In this document: positions 17,065 to 24,729 of the stretch, one piece after another
How positions within the stretch are numbered: the stretch's first letter is position 1
How the letters are laid out: every line of letters starts with the position of its first letter
From: a virus
Taxonomy: Duplodnaviria > Caudoviricetes
Strand: one strand, 5' to 3'
Virus record (IMG/VR): IMGVR_UViG_3300037511_000152
Span: 1-56,772 of that record
Length of the DNA: 56,772 nucleotides
Made by a program: the position numbers and the translations under genes
Notes under the pieces: generated by a model
What the model was told of the DNA's origin: nothing
The model's input: the letters and a program-made list of their open reading frames with translations, nothing else
Database searches by the model: none

Positions 17065-17745
17065 ATGGGCTTCCTATCGTCTATCAAAACCGCATTCAAA
17101 GACCTCATCGATCCGTGTTACGGCGGAGCGACGGGCCAAACGCCGCCGCGTCGCAACCCCACGGAGCCGTCGAAGCATGCTGTCGACAACGTGATTCAGA
17201 TGGTGCGACTGTCTGACGTTGATTGTCCGGTCGACGAGACGTGTGGTTTCCCTTTGCATCTGGAGGATACGGCAGACGGCCATAAGCGGTATGGTGCGCA
17301 CGAGGACGTGAAGGTGTACGGCGATCAAACGATCTGCAACGACTGCGGCCAAGCTTGGGACACGAACGATATCGACCCGCCTGCCACATGTTCTCCGAAG
17401 AGCCTCGGCCGCTTCCTCGACGACGAGACCTGGGAGTCGTTCCCCTTCAAACGTCCCGAAGTAACTTCGGAGTCGGATGACCCGGGACACCTGATTGCGC
17501 TGGAAAAGATCGCACAGAACTACGCACAGAACTGGAGTATCTGTGCAGAACACTCGCTGTCTCGCCTGAAAGCCGAACTGTTCTACGATATGGCAAACTG
17601 GCTGCGCGGCGTGGCATTCATCCCCAGTGAACAAGGTCCGCGCCAAGAACTCGCGCGTGTCGTGGCCCAGCAACTACAGAACAAAGAAAGCTGCGCTGAG
17701 AAACTCGCGGCCGTCGTGCTCGACTGGGCGCTCACGCCGCGCTAA
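17065..17745 (+). CDS. hypothetical protein
   Basis: AGGAG RBS before ATG 17065; ICNDCGQAWD motif. Confidence 0.7.
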   Translation: MGFLSSIKTAFKDLIDPCYGGATGQTPPRRNPTEPSKHAVDNVIQMVRLSDVDCPVDETCGFPLHLEDTADGHKRYGAHEDVKVYGDQTICNDCGQAWDTNDIDPPATCSPKSLGRFLDDETWESFPFKRPEVTSESDDPGHLIALEKIAQNYAQNWSICAEHSLSRLKAELFYDMANWLRGVAFIPSEQGPRQELARVVAQQLQNKESCAEKLAAVVLDWALTPR

Positions 17746-17775
17746 CCAACTAGGCTCAAAAGGGTAAGGGAACTC

Positions 17776-18000
17776 ATGAAAATCCAGAAACTGAAAGACG
17801 CGGCAAAGTCCGCCATCAAGCCGACGCTCTACGTTCTTGCGGGCGTCCTTTTCGGCACCTCTTATTTCTTCCACTACGCGGCAAAGCATCTGTACACGCA
17901 GGAAGAAGTGCTTGACGTTGTGCAAGATGTCGCGCCTACCGCGTACAAGGCTGGGCTCGACAAAGGTTACAAGGTTTGTTCGAAGGGCAGTTCCACTTAA
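17776..18000 (+). CDS. small membrane protein
   Basis: Basic N-terminus followed by a TM helix. Confidence 0.65.
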   Translation: MKIQKLKDAAKSAIKPTLYVLAGVLFGTSYFFHYAAKHLYTQEEVLDVVQDVAPTAYKAGLDKGYKVCSKGSST

Positions 18001-18011
18001 TCGAGGTCAAC

Positions 18012-18860
18012 ATGTTTCGCTTTCCTTCCAAGGATTTTTCAGGCGTTCTGCTGAGATGGCTTGCGGTAAGGCTGTCTCCGATACTCGTCAGACGCGCTGT
18101 TAAAACGCCGTACACCCACATCGGCGACTACATGCAACGCTATTGGCTCGTGCCTTTTGCTGTGAGCGGCACTGCGAGCGACCATGGGTGCGGGCCTGTA
18201 TCGTTCTGGCGCCGGCCGATCGCGCGTGTGCTTCAACTCCTGGGCGTGGCCGTACGCATCCACGTGATCTTGCGTTCTGACGACGATGATGCGTATCACG
18301 ATCACCCGTGGGACTTCATGACCTTCATCCTTGACGGCGGGTACTACGAATATCGTCCGCTGTTTTCGGAAGGACTCAAGGTCGGTAATTCCTGTCAGCG
18401 CTATGACGCCGGCAGCCTGAATTTCCGGCGTGCCGAGGACATGCATCGTCTCGAACTACGCAGAGGCGAGCCGGCCATCACGCTCTTCGTTACGACGAAG
18501 TGGCGCCAGATTTGGGGCTTCTTTCCGGACAGCGCGTTCAAAGTCGAGTGGAAGGAATATCTCGCACGAAACAACCGCCGAGCCCGCACCCAGGAAGAAG
18601 CCGTCATCGCGACCAACGTGGCCGAAGATCAGACGACATGGGTGGCCTGCACGTGCAAGGATTGCAACGGCCTGACGTATCTGGCGCGCTACGATCTGCC
18701 CAAAATGGCTGACCTGATGGCGGCGGACATGAAATCCCTGGAGGAAGACAATCGGTATCCGCAAGCGGCAGACTCTGCGACGATCGAACGAGATTGGTGT
18801 ACGTGCGGTGATGACTCGGATGAACGGATCATTGCGCACGTCGCGAAGGAAGGTGCTTAA
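18012..18860 (+). CDS. cupin-like protein with C-terminal Cys motifs
   Basis: HDHPWDF...GGYYE...HRLEL cupin signature; CTCKDC. Confidence 0.75.
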   Translation: MFRFPSKDFSGVLLRWLAVRLSPILVRRAVKTPYTHIGDYMQRYWLVPFAVSGTASDHGCGPVSFWRRPIARVLQLLGVAVRIHVILRSDDDDAYHDHPWDFMTFILDGGYYEYRPLFSEGLKVGNSCQRYDAGSLNFRRAEDMHRLELRRGEPAITLFVTTKWRQIWGFFPDSAFKVEWKEYLARNNRRARTQEEAVIATNVAEDQTTWVACTCKDCNGLTYLARYDLPKMADLMAADMKSLEEDNRYPQAADSATIERDWCTCGDDSDERIIAHVAKEGA

Positions 18861-18861
18861 T

Positions 18862-19092
18862 ATGCCGTCGATCTACAACCGCGAAGACGCGACTAAGCTG
18901 GATCAGGCGGAACGCGATCTGGCAAAAGCCCGAAACAACCTGCTCCAGATGGAGAACGCAATCATCGCGGCCAAGGTGCTCTGCGCCGGCACGCTACGTA
19001 ATCGCTATCGGTTCAATCGGCGCATTGAAGGGCAAGACCCAGTTACGGCGTTCATCTATGCAGTCATTGCTCGTGCGGTGTACGGACGATGA
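18862..19092 (+). CDS. hypothetical protein
   Basis: Coupled ORF starting MPSIYNRE. Confidence 0.6.
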   Translation: MPSIYNREDATKLDQAERDLAKARNNLLQMENAIIAAKVLCAGTLRNRYRFNRRIEGQDPVTAFIYAVIARAVYGR

Positions 19093-19484
19093 AAGCCTAT
19101 GCCGCCTTGGCCGTCATGCTACTGGCGGCATACAATCGGATCAGCGCGCACGCCCGCAGCAAGAGGCTTGCCGTTGAGGTGATAGAACGAGCAAGGGCAG
19201 GGAGGTCACACGTGGTTAAGCACGTCGTTGAACTCGGGCAGACAAGAAACGTGATGCTAGCTTTGTATCGCTGCGGCAATCTGACTTGCGGTGAAATCGG
19301 GCGCATCGTTTCGTCCGAAGAGATCAAGACTCCGGAGCAAGCATTCAAAGCGGGCAGGCCGGTTCGAGACTACATGCTCGACATGGGCTGGATCACGCCG
19401 AGCAACGCCGGCAATCGGGAGTTTAGGCATTCACTGACGCCGGCAGGATCGGCGGTAGCGAGGAAATTAATCGGGGTGGCCTGA
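19089..19484 (+). CDS. hypothetical protein, possible winged-helix
   Basis: ATGA overlap; MLDMGWI...HSLTPAG. Confidence 0.6.
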   Translation: MKAYAALAVMLLAAYNRISAHARSKRLAVEVIERARAGRSHVVKHVVELGQTRNVMLALYRCGNLTCGEIGRIVSSEEIKTPEQAFKAGRPVRDYMLDMGWITPSNAGNREFRHSLTPAGSAVARKLIGVA

Positions 19485-19705
19485 TGATGTGCGTTATCGA
19501 AAGTACCTGCGCTATGAAAACGGTTTCCGATGGTCCGCCGCTGGAGCAATACGATCACGTGCAGATAGACGGGGCGGTGTACGTCCTGTCGACGCCGCCC
19601 GCAGACACGACTGTCAGAGGCGCCAAGATGCGGACATGGCTGATTCAGATGAACACAGGCCGCTTCCTTCCGCTGCTGGAATTTCTGGGCGAGAAGACCC
19701 ACTGA
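19484..19705 (+). CDS. hypothetical protein
   Basis: TGATG-coupled ORF. Confidence 0.55.
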   Translation: MMCVIESTCAMKTVSDGPPLEQYDHVQIDGAVYVLSTPPADTTVRGAKMRTWLIQMNTGRFLPLLEFLGEKTH

Positions 19706-19707
19706 AA

Positions 19708-20007
19708 ATGCCGCGATATCTCCACGACGACGAAGGCTACCTCGATATCCACGCGGTGATCGACGCCTGCATGCTGATGGGTGCTCCGCCTTGGTACAAC
19801 CTACGGAACCGCCATCTCCTCCAGAACCCAGAATTCGCCGCGCGCTGCGAGTCCACATGGCCGGCCAGTGTGTGGAGAAGGGCGGTCAAGGTCGCCTACG
19901 ACAATCTGAAGAACGGGGCGACTTTCGACAGCCTCGGCAGCCCGGAAAATCGGCCCGTGGCTGCATTTTTCCAGATGACCCTATGGGATGGTGCCACCCT
20001 GGCATAA
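19708..20007 (+). CDS. hypothetical protein
   Basis: ATG 19708 (MPRYLHDD); last rightward gene of the block. Confidence 0.6.
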   Translation: MPRYLHDDEGYLDIHAVIDACMLMGAPPWYNLRNRHLLQNPEFAARCESTWPASVWRRAVKVAYDNLKNGATFDSLGSPENRPVAAFFQMTLWDGATLA

Positions 20008-20038
20008 AAAACGCCCTGAGCCGCTAAGCCCAGGGCGC
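20006..20038 (-). terminator. terminator at the convergence of accessory and late operons
   Basis: A-run followed by a CGCCCTG/CAGGGCG stem. Confidence 0.55.
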
Positions 20039-20110
20039 CCAATTGGCAGATGATCCCCGCATCTACCAAGCCCCGCCGGTCACTGCAAGGCCGGCGTACC
20101 TAAATCTGCG

Positions 20111-20416
20111 TCACTGCTTGAGGACGTACCCCACACCGACGTTGATCGAACAGGCCGTGAACTCTTTCGGCTGATCCGTGATCTCGGCGCCCGGCTTGAT
20201 GTGCCACGCCAGATAGCCCGAGATCGTGATAGAGACTTCCTGGCCTTCCGGCGGCTCCGCCACGAAGGTCAGTGCGTTCCGGACGTTCAGAAGAACTGCC
20301 TCGCGGTCAGCCGCGTGAACAGGCTGATGCGCCACGACCTCGGTGTCGAACTTGGTCATTAGGGTGTCGAGGGCTTCCAGCTTGGTATTTGCAGATGCTC
20401 GAATGGAATAGCTCAT
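20111..20416 (-). CDS. hypothetical protein at the end of the late operon
   Basis: ATGA-coupled to the o-spanin; MSYSIRAS... Confidence 0.7.
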   Translation of the reverse strand: MSYSIRASANTKLEALDTLMTKFDTEVVAHQPVHAADREAVLLNVRNALTFVAEPPEGQEVSITISGYLAWHIKPGAEITDQPKEFTACSINVGVGYVLKQ

Positions 20417-20637
20417 TTGGTGGGTCCTTTCTTCGGTGGTTTCCAGCCGCATCGTTCGCGGCCAGTGTTGTTGTGCTCCAGGATGGCCTCAGCCGTTTTA
20501 TCGGTAAGGATGTCACCCTGTGACACAAAGATCGGCTTGGTCCAAACGCAGTCGACGGCGATAACCTTGGTCTGGATTTCGGTCGTGGTGGCGCAGCCGG
20601 CCAGGGCGCAGCATGCGAGGATCAGCAACTTCATCAT
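20413..20637 (-). CDS. o-spanin (Rz1-like lipoprotein)
   Basis: Lipobox LAGC; DCVWTKPI...ILEHNN...CGW. Confidence 0.8.
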   Translation of the reverse strand: MMKLLILACCALAGCATTTEIQTKVIAVDCVWTKPIFVSQGDILTDKTAEAILEHNNTGRERCGWKPPKKGPTK

Positions 20638-20646
20638 GGAAGCCTC

Positions 20647-20940
20647 CTAGTCCCGGCTCCACTCGTCCTTCAGTTGCTGTTGAGCGCCGCCGGGCGGTAG
20701 CGCTTCAACTTCGGCCTCGACCTTGTTGCGCGTCTCGGTCGCTTGAATGATTTGATCTTTGGCCTCGGAGTTAGCCTTTTCCAAGGCGAGATCGCGTTTC
20801 ACCCGGTCGGCTTCGCTGTGCGCCTGCTCGGCTTTCTTGGCGCGGCGGCCGCCTAGGGCGTAAGCGCCGAGCACGACCAGGAGAACGGACAGAGCGGTAA
20901 GCGCCCAGTCTTTGGCACGCAGGAGCAGAGCGGCAATCAT
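20647..20940 (-). CDS. i-spanin (Rz-like)
   Basis: N-terminal TM, coiled coil, LKDEWSRD end; directly upstream of the lipoprotein. Confidence 0.75.
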   Translation of the reverse strand: MIAALLLRAKDWALTALSVLLVVLGAYALGGRRAKKAEQAHSEADRVKRDLALEKANSEAKDQIIQATETRNKVEAEVEALPPGGAQQQLKDEWSRD

Positions 20941-21122
20941 TTCGTGCCCTTATAGGAGTTGCCGCGCTTGGAGCCGAATTGCCATGCCCACGGCTTGCGA
21001 CGCGACTTGGTTGAAGGTGCCGTCCCGAAATTCACGTTGACCGCATTGTAGGCTGGCGGTGTGTAGCCGGTCGTTGTGAAATTCGGGCTGACGGCGTTGA
21101 AGGCGGGAGGTGTGTAGGCCAT
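20937..21122 (-). CDS. small virion-like protein with duplicated YTPPAxNAV..NF motif
   Basis: Internal repeat in a 61-aa ORF coupled to both neighbours. Confidence 0.6.
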   Translation of the reverse strand: MAYTPPAFNAVSPNFTTTGYTPPAYNAVNVNFGTAPSTKSRRKPWAWQFGSKRGNSYKGTK

Positions 21123-21126
21123 GAGA

Positions 21127-21429
21127 TCAGCCCGGTGTGATACGGTCGTACCCGATCATCTGGTACGTCGTAGGGTTGAAAAAGAGGGCATAGACATCGG
21201 TCACACTTCCGGTCTTGACCGTATAGTTTCCGCTGCCATCCGCCGTAGCTTGGCCGAGCAGTTCGCCGTTGTTCTTGGCGTAGACCCGAACCAGGATGCC
21301 CGCTGTAGCAACACCGCTCACTGAGCAAGTCCCGCTCACGGATTTAGTCAGCGTCGCGTCCATGTACACACGGCCTACAGAGCCGCGCGTACGCGACACC
21401 TGAACGCCAATCGAGCCAAGGTCTGCCAT
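21127..21429 (-). CDS. tail-associated beta-sandwich protein
   Basis: VSGT...VRVY....GELL..ATAD.SGNY pattern. Confidence 0.7.
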   Translation of the reverse strand: MADLGSIGVQVSRTRGSVGRVYMDATLTKSVSGTCSVSGVATAGILVRVYAKNNGELLGQATADGSGNYTVKTGSVTDVYALFFNPTTYQMIGYDRITPG

Positions 21430-21431
21430 GG

Positions 21432-22415
21432 TTAGCTCCAGGTGTCGCTTGTTTCGACGATGATCTGTCCGGCGTGCCCGCTGTCAGAACTTCCGCCGCC
21501 CTTCACATTCAGCAGCATGAACTGTTTGGAGGACAACACGCCTGTCCCGCTGAACGTGTCACCGTGGGAAGCAGGTTGCGGATGCAACGGGCACCACAAA
21601 CCTTTCAGATAGCCGCGAATGGCGTTGTTGTGGCAGACCAGGATCGGGCACATGTCCAGCCCGCTGTCCGGCCCATTCGGGTACGTCACGAAGTTACCGG
21701 AAGACGGCTGGCCCGTAACGCTGATGTTGTAACCGGCCAGGAAGTGAACGGATTTCGTAACCTGGATGGCGGAGCCGGTTCCTTGCCACGTACGGGGCAT
21801 GTAGTGCCCTTTCAACATCGTCGTAGCGAAGTTCGACCCAGAGTCATGCCCGATGGACGCAACTTCCTCATGCGCGTCGTTGCTGAAGGAAATGTTTTCC
21901 GACCGGACGCCCATGATTAGCGTGCTGTAGGCATCGCCGGGCTTGTAGGCGAAGATATCGCCAAAAGAGAAGCCGCTGGAGTAGCTCGGGCTGTTCCAGT
22001 CGCCCGTATCGATGAACAGGTGGAAACACGTGGAGTCCGCGACGCAGTACCACGGTCGCGCTGTCGAATCAGCCGTGTTCGATTTGCGGCAGACGACGCC
22101 GAAGGACGACTGTGCCACGGTCGGGAAAGGCCCAGTGCCCGTCGCAACCGCGCTCATCGTCTCATAGCCGCGCATCTGCGCTTCCTTGGCCGTGGTCGGC
22201 GCGGCGTCGTTCACATCGAGGTACATCGCGTTGCTGCCGGCCCCTTGCAAGTACACGCCCTTGTTGGTGGCGTTGTACGGCTTCGTCCATCCGGCTGCGG
22301 TTTTCGAGCCGTACCCGTTGACCAGGATCGCATCCAGCAGAGTGACCAGGGAGCCGGCAACGCCCGTCAGAACGGGCGCCGAGGCATCCGTGGATTTGTA
22401 AAGGCGGACAGTCAT
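21432..22415 (-). CDS. tail fibre/virion structural protein
   Basis: Y.STDASAPVLTG..GSL..LLDA.LVNGYG N-terminus typical of siphophage tail-tip proteins. Confidence 0.75.
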   Translation of the reverse strand: MTVRLYKSTDASAPVLTGVAGSLVTLLDAILVNGYGSKTAAGWTKPYNATNKGVYLQGAGSNAMYLDVNDAAPTTAKEAQMRGYETMSAVATGTGPFPTVAQSSFGVVCRKSNTADSTARPWYCVADSTCFHLFIDTGDWNSPSYSSGFSFGDIFAYKPGDAYSTLIMGVRSENISFSNDAHEEVASIGHDSGSNFATTMLKGHYMPRTWQGTGSAIQVTKSVHFLAGYNISVTGQPSSGNFVTYPNGPDSGLDMCPILVCHNNAIRGYLKGLWCPLHPQPASHGDTFSGTGVLSSKQFMLLNVKGGGSSDSGHAGQIIVETSDTWS

Positions 22416-22431
22416 GATTTACGGCTCCTAT

Positions 22432-23136
22432 TTATGCGACGGTTTGGACGGGCACGGTTGCGGTGCCAGTCTCCAGCACACCATACCAAGCGGATGCAGC
22501 GGCCAGGGACTCGACCCACATCTCCCCTGCCCCCAGGACGATCGCGCATGTAGCGAGCGTCGCATTACTGGCCGTGCTCAGTCCCAGCTTTCCAGATGAG
22601 TTGTTGTAGACGATGAAGCGGCGACGACCTGCACTCGCAGTGATCAACGGGGCAACGGTGGCTGCCATCGCAGCCGTCGTTTCAACCACGGTCGATCCCT
22701 GTGCTTCAGCGACAGAGATAGCCCCCTGGTCGGAAGCAAGCGTAACGGGAGTGGAGTTCGCTTTGGTCGCCTGCCCCTTTGCCGGAACTTTCCCGTTCAT
22801 GGCCGCCAGGGTCGATTCAGTGGCTGCGTCCTTCGTGCCGACATAGGCGAGATTCGCTTGCGTCGGTGCGCCCGACAGCGCAGCGCCCGTGCTGACGTTG
22901 CGCCAGATAGTCGCTACGAGCGACGGGCTTGACCCACTGACATCGTAGACATCCGCACGCACGATCATGTCGTTGTTCGAATAGCCTGTCCCGCCGGCTG
23001 TCGCGACATACTCCGTCTGGATGATCTCTCGGTCGACGGTGGACCCACCCCCGCTGCCGAGAGAGAAGACCGCTCCGGTCTCGGGGTCCATTCCGACCAC
23101 TGCGGTCGGCGCTTGGCTCTGAATTGCTCGCGTCAT
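22432..23136 (-). CDS. putative virion structural protein
   Basis: Ala/Thr/Gly-rich 234 aa in the late operon, GGGAG RBS. Confidence 0.65.
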   Translation of the reverse strand: MTRAIQSQAPTAVVGMDPETGAVFSLGSGGGSTVDREIIQTEYVATAGGTGYSNNDMIVRADVYDVSGSSPSLVATIWRNVSTGAALSGAPTQANLAYVGTKDAATESTLAAMNGKVPAKGQATKANSTPVTLASDQGAISVAEAQGSTVVETTAAMAATVAPLITASAGRRRFIVYNNSSGKLGLSTASNATLATCAIVLGAGEMWVESLAAASAWYGVLETGTATVPVQTVA

Positions 23137-23163
23137 GATTTTCTCCCGGGGCTGTGTCGCGTT

Positions 23164-23865
23164 TTAGAGCGTGCCCTTCTGGTACTTCTTGACTTGTGAA
23201 TAAGCGATGAACAGGGCGACGGCGAGCGTGAGCACGCCGAACACTACGCGTACGATCTGACCGCTCGTGATGTTGTCGCCCTGCTGGCTCATCGCATCTG
23301 CGATTTGCGGAGCTACGTCTGCCAGTTGCGCGATGCCGATGGTTGCCGTGCCCGTGGCCCCGACAGTTTCCTTCGTGACAGGAATTTTGTCGGCCGCTAC
23401 GGAAGTAACTTCAGGCTTCACGCCGGCCATACGCAGCGCCTCGTTGATCGTGGCGTCGTCATACCACGAGTTGAGAGTGCCCTTCGGGCCTGCCCCGTTC
23501 TCGTGGCGAATGATCGCTTCGACCATGGGCTTGAGGTCTGCGTAGCTGTGCGTGTCAAACGGCTCGTCCGCGCCCAGGTTGCACGCCTTCGCGACCGAAG
23601 CGATGTAGGCCTCGGTGTTGTTCTCGTTCTGGGGAGCCCAGCGAGAGATGATCTTGCGAACCGTGTCCAGGTCGTACTTGTCCTGGTAGGAGATCAGCAA
23701 GCGCGCCAGCGCGCGAATTCCGTAGGCGGGAGTCTGAAACACGCAGAACCGCGTGTCCGATGATTGGTCTGCCGCGAGACCCTGCCACTTGTTGGCCGGA
23801 TTGCGGTCGATGTTGCCGGGGTTGTTGTTGCGAATGCCGCGCGGGAGGTCGGTCATTTTGTCCAC
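23164..23865 (-). CDS. endolysin-like protein with C-terminal TM helix
   Basis: RGIRNNNPGNI, RWAPQNENNTEAY, AIIRHENG lysozyme-like family motifs. Confidence 0.8.
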   Translation of the reverse strand: MDKMTDLPRGIRNNNPGNIDRNPANKWQGLAADQSSDTRFCVFQTPAYGIRALARLLISYQDKYDLDTVRKIISRWAPQNENNTEAYIASVAKACNLGADEPFDTHSYADLKPMVEAIIRHENGAGPKGTLNSWYDDATINEALRMAGVKPEVTSVAADKIPVTKETVGATGTATIGIAQLADVAPQIADAMSQQGDNITSGQIVRVVFGVLTLAVALFIAYSQVKKYQKGTL

Positions 23866-24176
23866 TCCTTGGTCATGCTGCGGCTTGGTCGGTCGTAGAG
23901 CCGTTCAGCGAGGGTGTCGATCTTTCGGGATATGTCCTTCAGGTCATCGCGAACATCTCGCTGCGCGGTGATCTGGTTCTGCTCGACTCGCTTGATCTCG
24001 GCCTTGTTGACCTCCGTCTCGCGTACTGCGTCGTTTGCCCTTCTCTCGATGTCGGCGATCTTTCCGACGACGAAAACCGTGGAGGTTCCACAAATCGTCA
24101 ACACCGAGATTACGGTCTTCAGGTCCAGCTTCGACCACCAGGAACCGCTCTCCTCTTGTTTGTGCTCTTCGGCCAT
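23853..24176 (-). CDS. holin-like membrane protein
   Basis: One N-terminal TM plus coiled coil, immediately upstream of the lysin. Confidence 0.6.
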   Translation of the reverse strand: MAEEHKQEESGSWWSKLDLKTVISVLTICGTSTVFVVGKIADIERRANDAVRETEVNKAEIKRVEQNQITAQRDVRDDLKDISRKIDTLAERLYDRPSRSMTKEWTK

Positions 24177-24260
24177 TGGTCGGCTCCCCTGTCAAGTTTT
24201 TCGGAGTTTAGCAGAAGACACTTGATTTTGTGAGGAAATCTTGCTACACGCGCGCACGCG

Positions 24261-24728
24261 CTAGGCCACGACCCAGCTACCATTCTTTCGTACGTACTTG
24301 TTCCCGTCTGTGGGTGCTTCCTCGACAACGGCCACCCAGGAACCGTTCTTGCGGGCGTAGAGCAATCCGTCAGAAGGTGCGTCACTCAGCACTAGCTTCC
24401 AGGCGCCCGAAACGAAGTCAAGACGCCCTTTCACGGCGCAGCGCACCGTCCATCCGCTCTTCGGCGTGTAAAACGTCCAAGCCGAGGCATACCAGACGGC
24501 GATCTTATTGTCCTTCCCCGCCCAGGCTCCAGTAGCGGATGCGCCGACGATATAGCGATCGCCGTCTGCCGGGCTACTGGGCGGCGCAGTCAACGTGCTG
24601 TCGATCACCCCGCACATCATGAGGTCGTCAACGGTCTCTGCGAGCAGATTGAAAGACGGACCCCAGGTGTTGTCGCCTGTCGAAAAGCCCCAGGTGATGC
24701 CGAGGTTTATACCGGTTTGCGTGCTCAT
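24261..24728 (-). CDS. DUF2793-like tail protein with two foldon-like repeats
   Basis: PPSSPADGDRYIV...ATGAWAG...W.F.TP..GW; DAPSDG..YARKNGSW and EAPTDG..YVRKNGSW. Confidence 0.8.
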   Translation of the reverse strand: MSTQTGINLGITWGFSTGDNTWGPSFNLLAETVDDLMMCGVIDSTLTAPPSSPADGDRYIVGASATGAWAGKDNKIAVWYASAWTFYTPKSGWTVRCAVKGRLDFVSGAWKLVLSDAPSDGLLYARKNGSWVAVVEEAPTDGNKYVRKNGSWVVA

Positions 24729-24729
24729 G

